Program-made: the position numbers and the translations under genes
From: Candidatus Leptofilum sp.
GTDB lineage: Bacteria > Chloroflexota > Anaerolineae > Promineifilales > Promineifilaceae
NCBI RefSeq assembly: GCF_965223525.1
Contig: NZ_CBDCWX010000005.1
Coordinates: 323,414-387,413, forward strand
Direction: 5' to 3'
DNA: 64,000 nt
In this document: one piece after another, positions 63,886 through 64,000 of the stretch
Layout of the letters: each line of letters begins with the position of its first letter
Position numbering within the stretch: position 1 is the first letter of the stretch
The notes under the pieces: generated by a model
Seen by the model: only the letters and a program-made list of their open reading frames with translations
What the model was told of the DNA's origin: nothing
Database searches by the model: none

Positions 63886-64000
63886 ATGAGCAATATTTAC
63901 AACCCCGCCCTGTTTGTTAACCAGGAACGCAAATTTCTGGGCTTTCAAAAACTGCTGCGGCCAGAAACACGCCAAGCGGTGATGCTAATTCAGGCTACCA
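63886..64000 (+). CDS. 5' end of an unidentified gene running off the window
   Basis: ATG 63886 opens a frame (MSNIYNPALFVNQERKFLGFQKLLRPETRQAVMLIQAT) that stays open to the window edge. Confidence 0.3.
   Translation, partial: MSNIYNPALFVNQERKFLGFQKLLRPETRQAVMLIQAT

Overview
This 64-kb bacterial chromosomal segment has moderate GC and is densely coding (about 55 genes). It contains no rRNA, tRNA, CRISPR array, transposase or integrase. Taxon cannot be fixed without a search. The gene content (CofD for F420 synthesis, lipoproteins with long acidic tethers, a DUF2723 GT-C protein, a SARP/NB-ARC/TPR regulator) would fit a Chloroflexota- or Actinomycetota-like organism, but that is inference only.

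Gene content by region:
- 1-20.7 kb: a LacI-controlled catabolic/transport island. It holds two LacI regulators, two paralogous solute-binding lipoproteins, two ABC permeases, a secreted hydrolase and a class III aminotransferase. It also holds an Fe-alcohol dehydrogenase, an EamA exporter, an SDR, a HisD-like dehydrogenase and an HpcH aldolase. Six genes plus one remnant encode SnoaL/NTF2-like domains.
- 20.9-38.9 kb: mixed housekeeping and accessory genes. These include a K+ channel-like protein, an epimerase, a methyltransferase, TetR, an ECF sigma factor with a putative anti-sigma partner, an ABC-2 exporter, Nudix, asnS, cofD, and M20 and YtcJ-type amidohydrolases.
- 39-47.4 kb: envelope glycosylation genes, a stand-alone A-T-TE NRPS-like gene, and a P-loop/PP2C gene pair.
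- 47.4-64 kb: a cupredoxin, a SARP-STAND regulator, groES-groEL with twin CIRCE operators, two GT2 genes, a PD40 lipoprotein, a hydrolase and a rhomboid protease.

The most unusual signals are at the DNA level:
1. The octamer palindrome ACGGCCGT occurs about 100 times where about 1 is expected. It appears in every codon phase and in spacers, like the cyanobacterial HIP1 element.
2. Several families of heptamer-periodic hairpin repeats are present, and some are inserted in frame inside genes.
3. Two low-GC, motif-poor gene-sized segments are each bracketed by 58-91 bp direct repeats that end at an ACGGCCGT site.
4. A conserved pair of 13-bp palindromes spaced exactly 50 bp apart recurs upstream of two SnoaL-like genes.

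All product calls come from motif recognition by eye. No database search was run.
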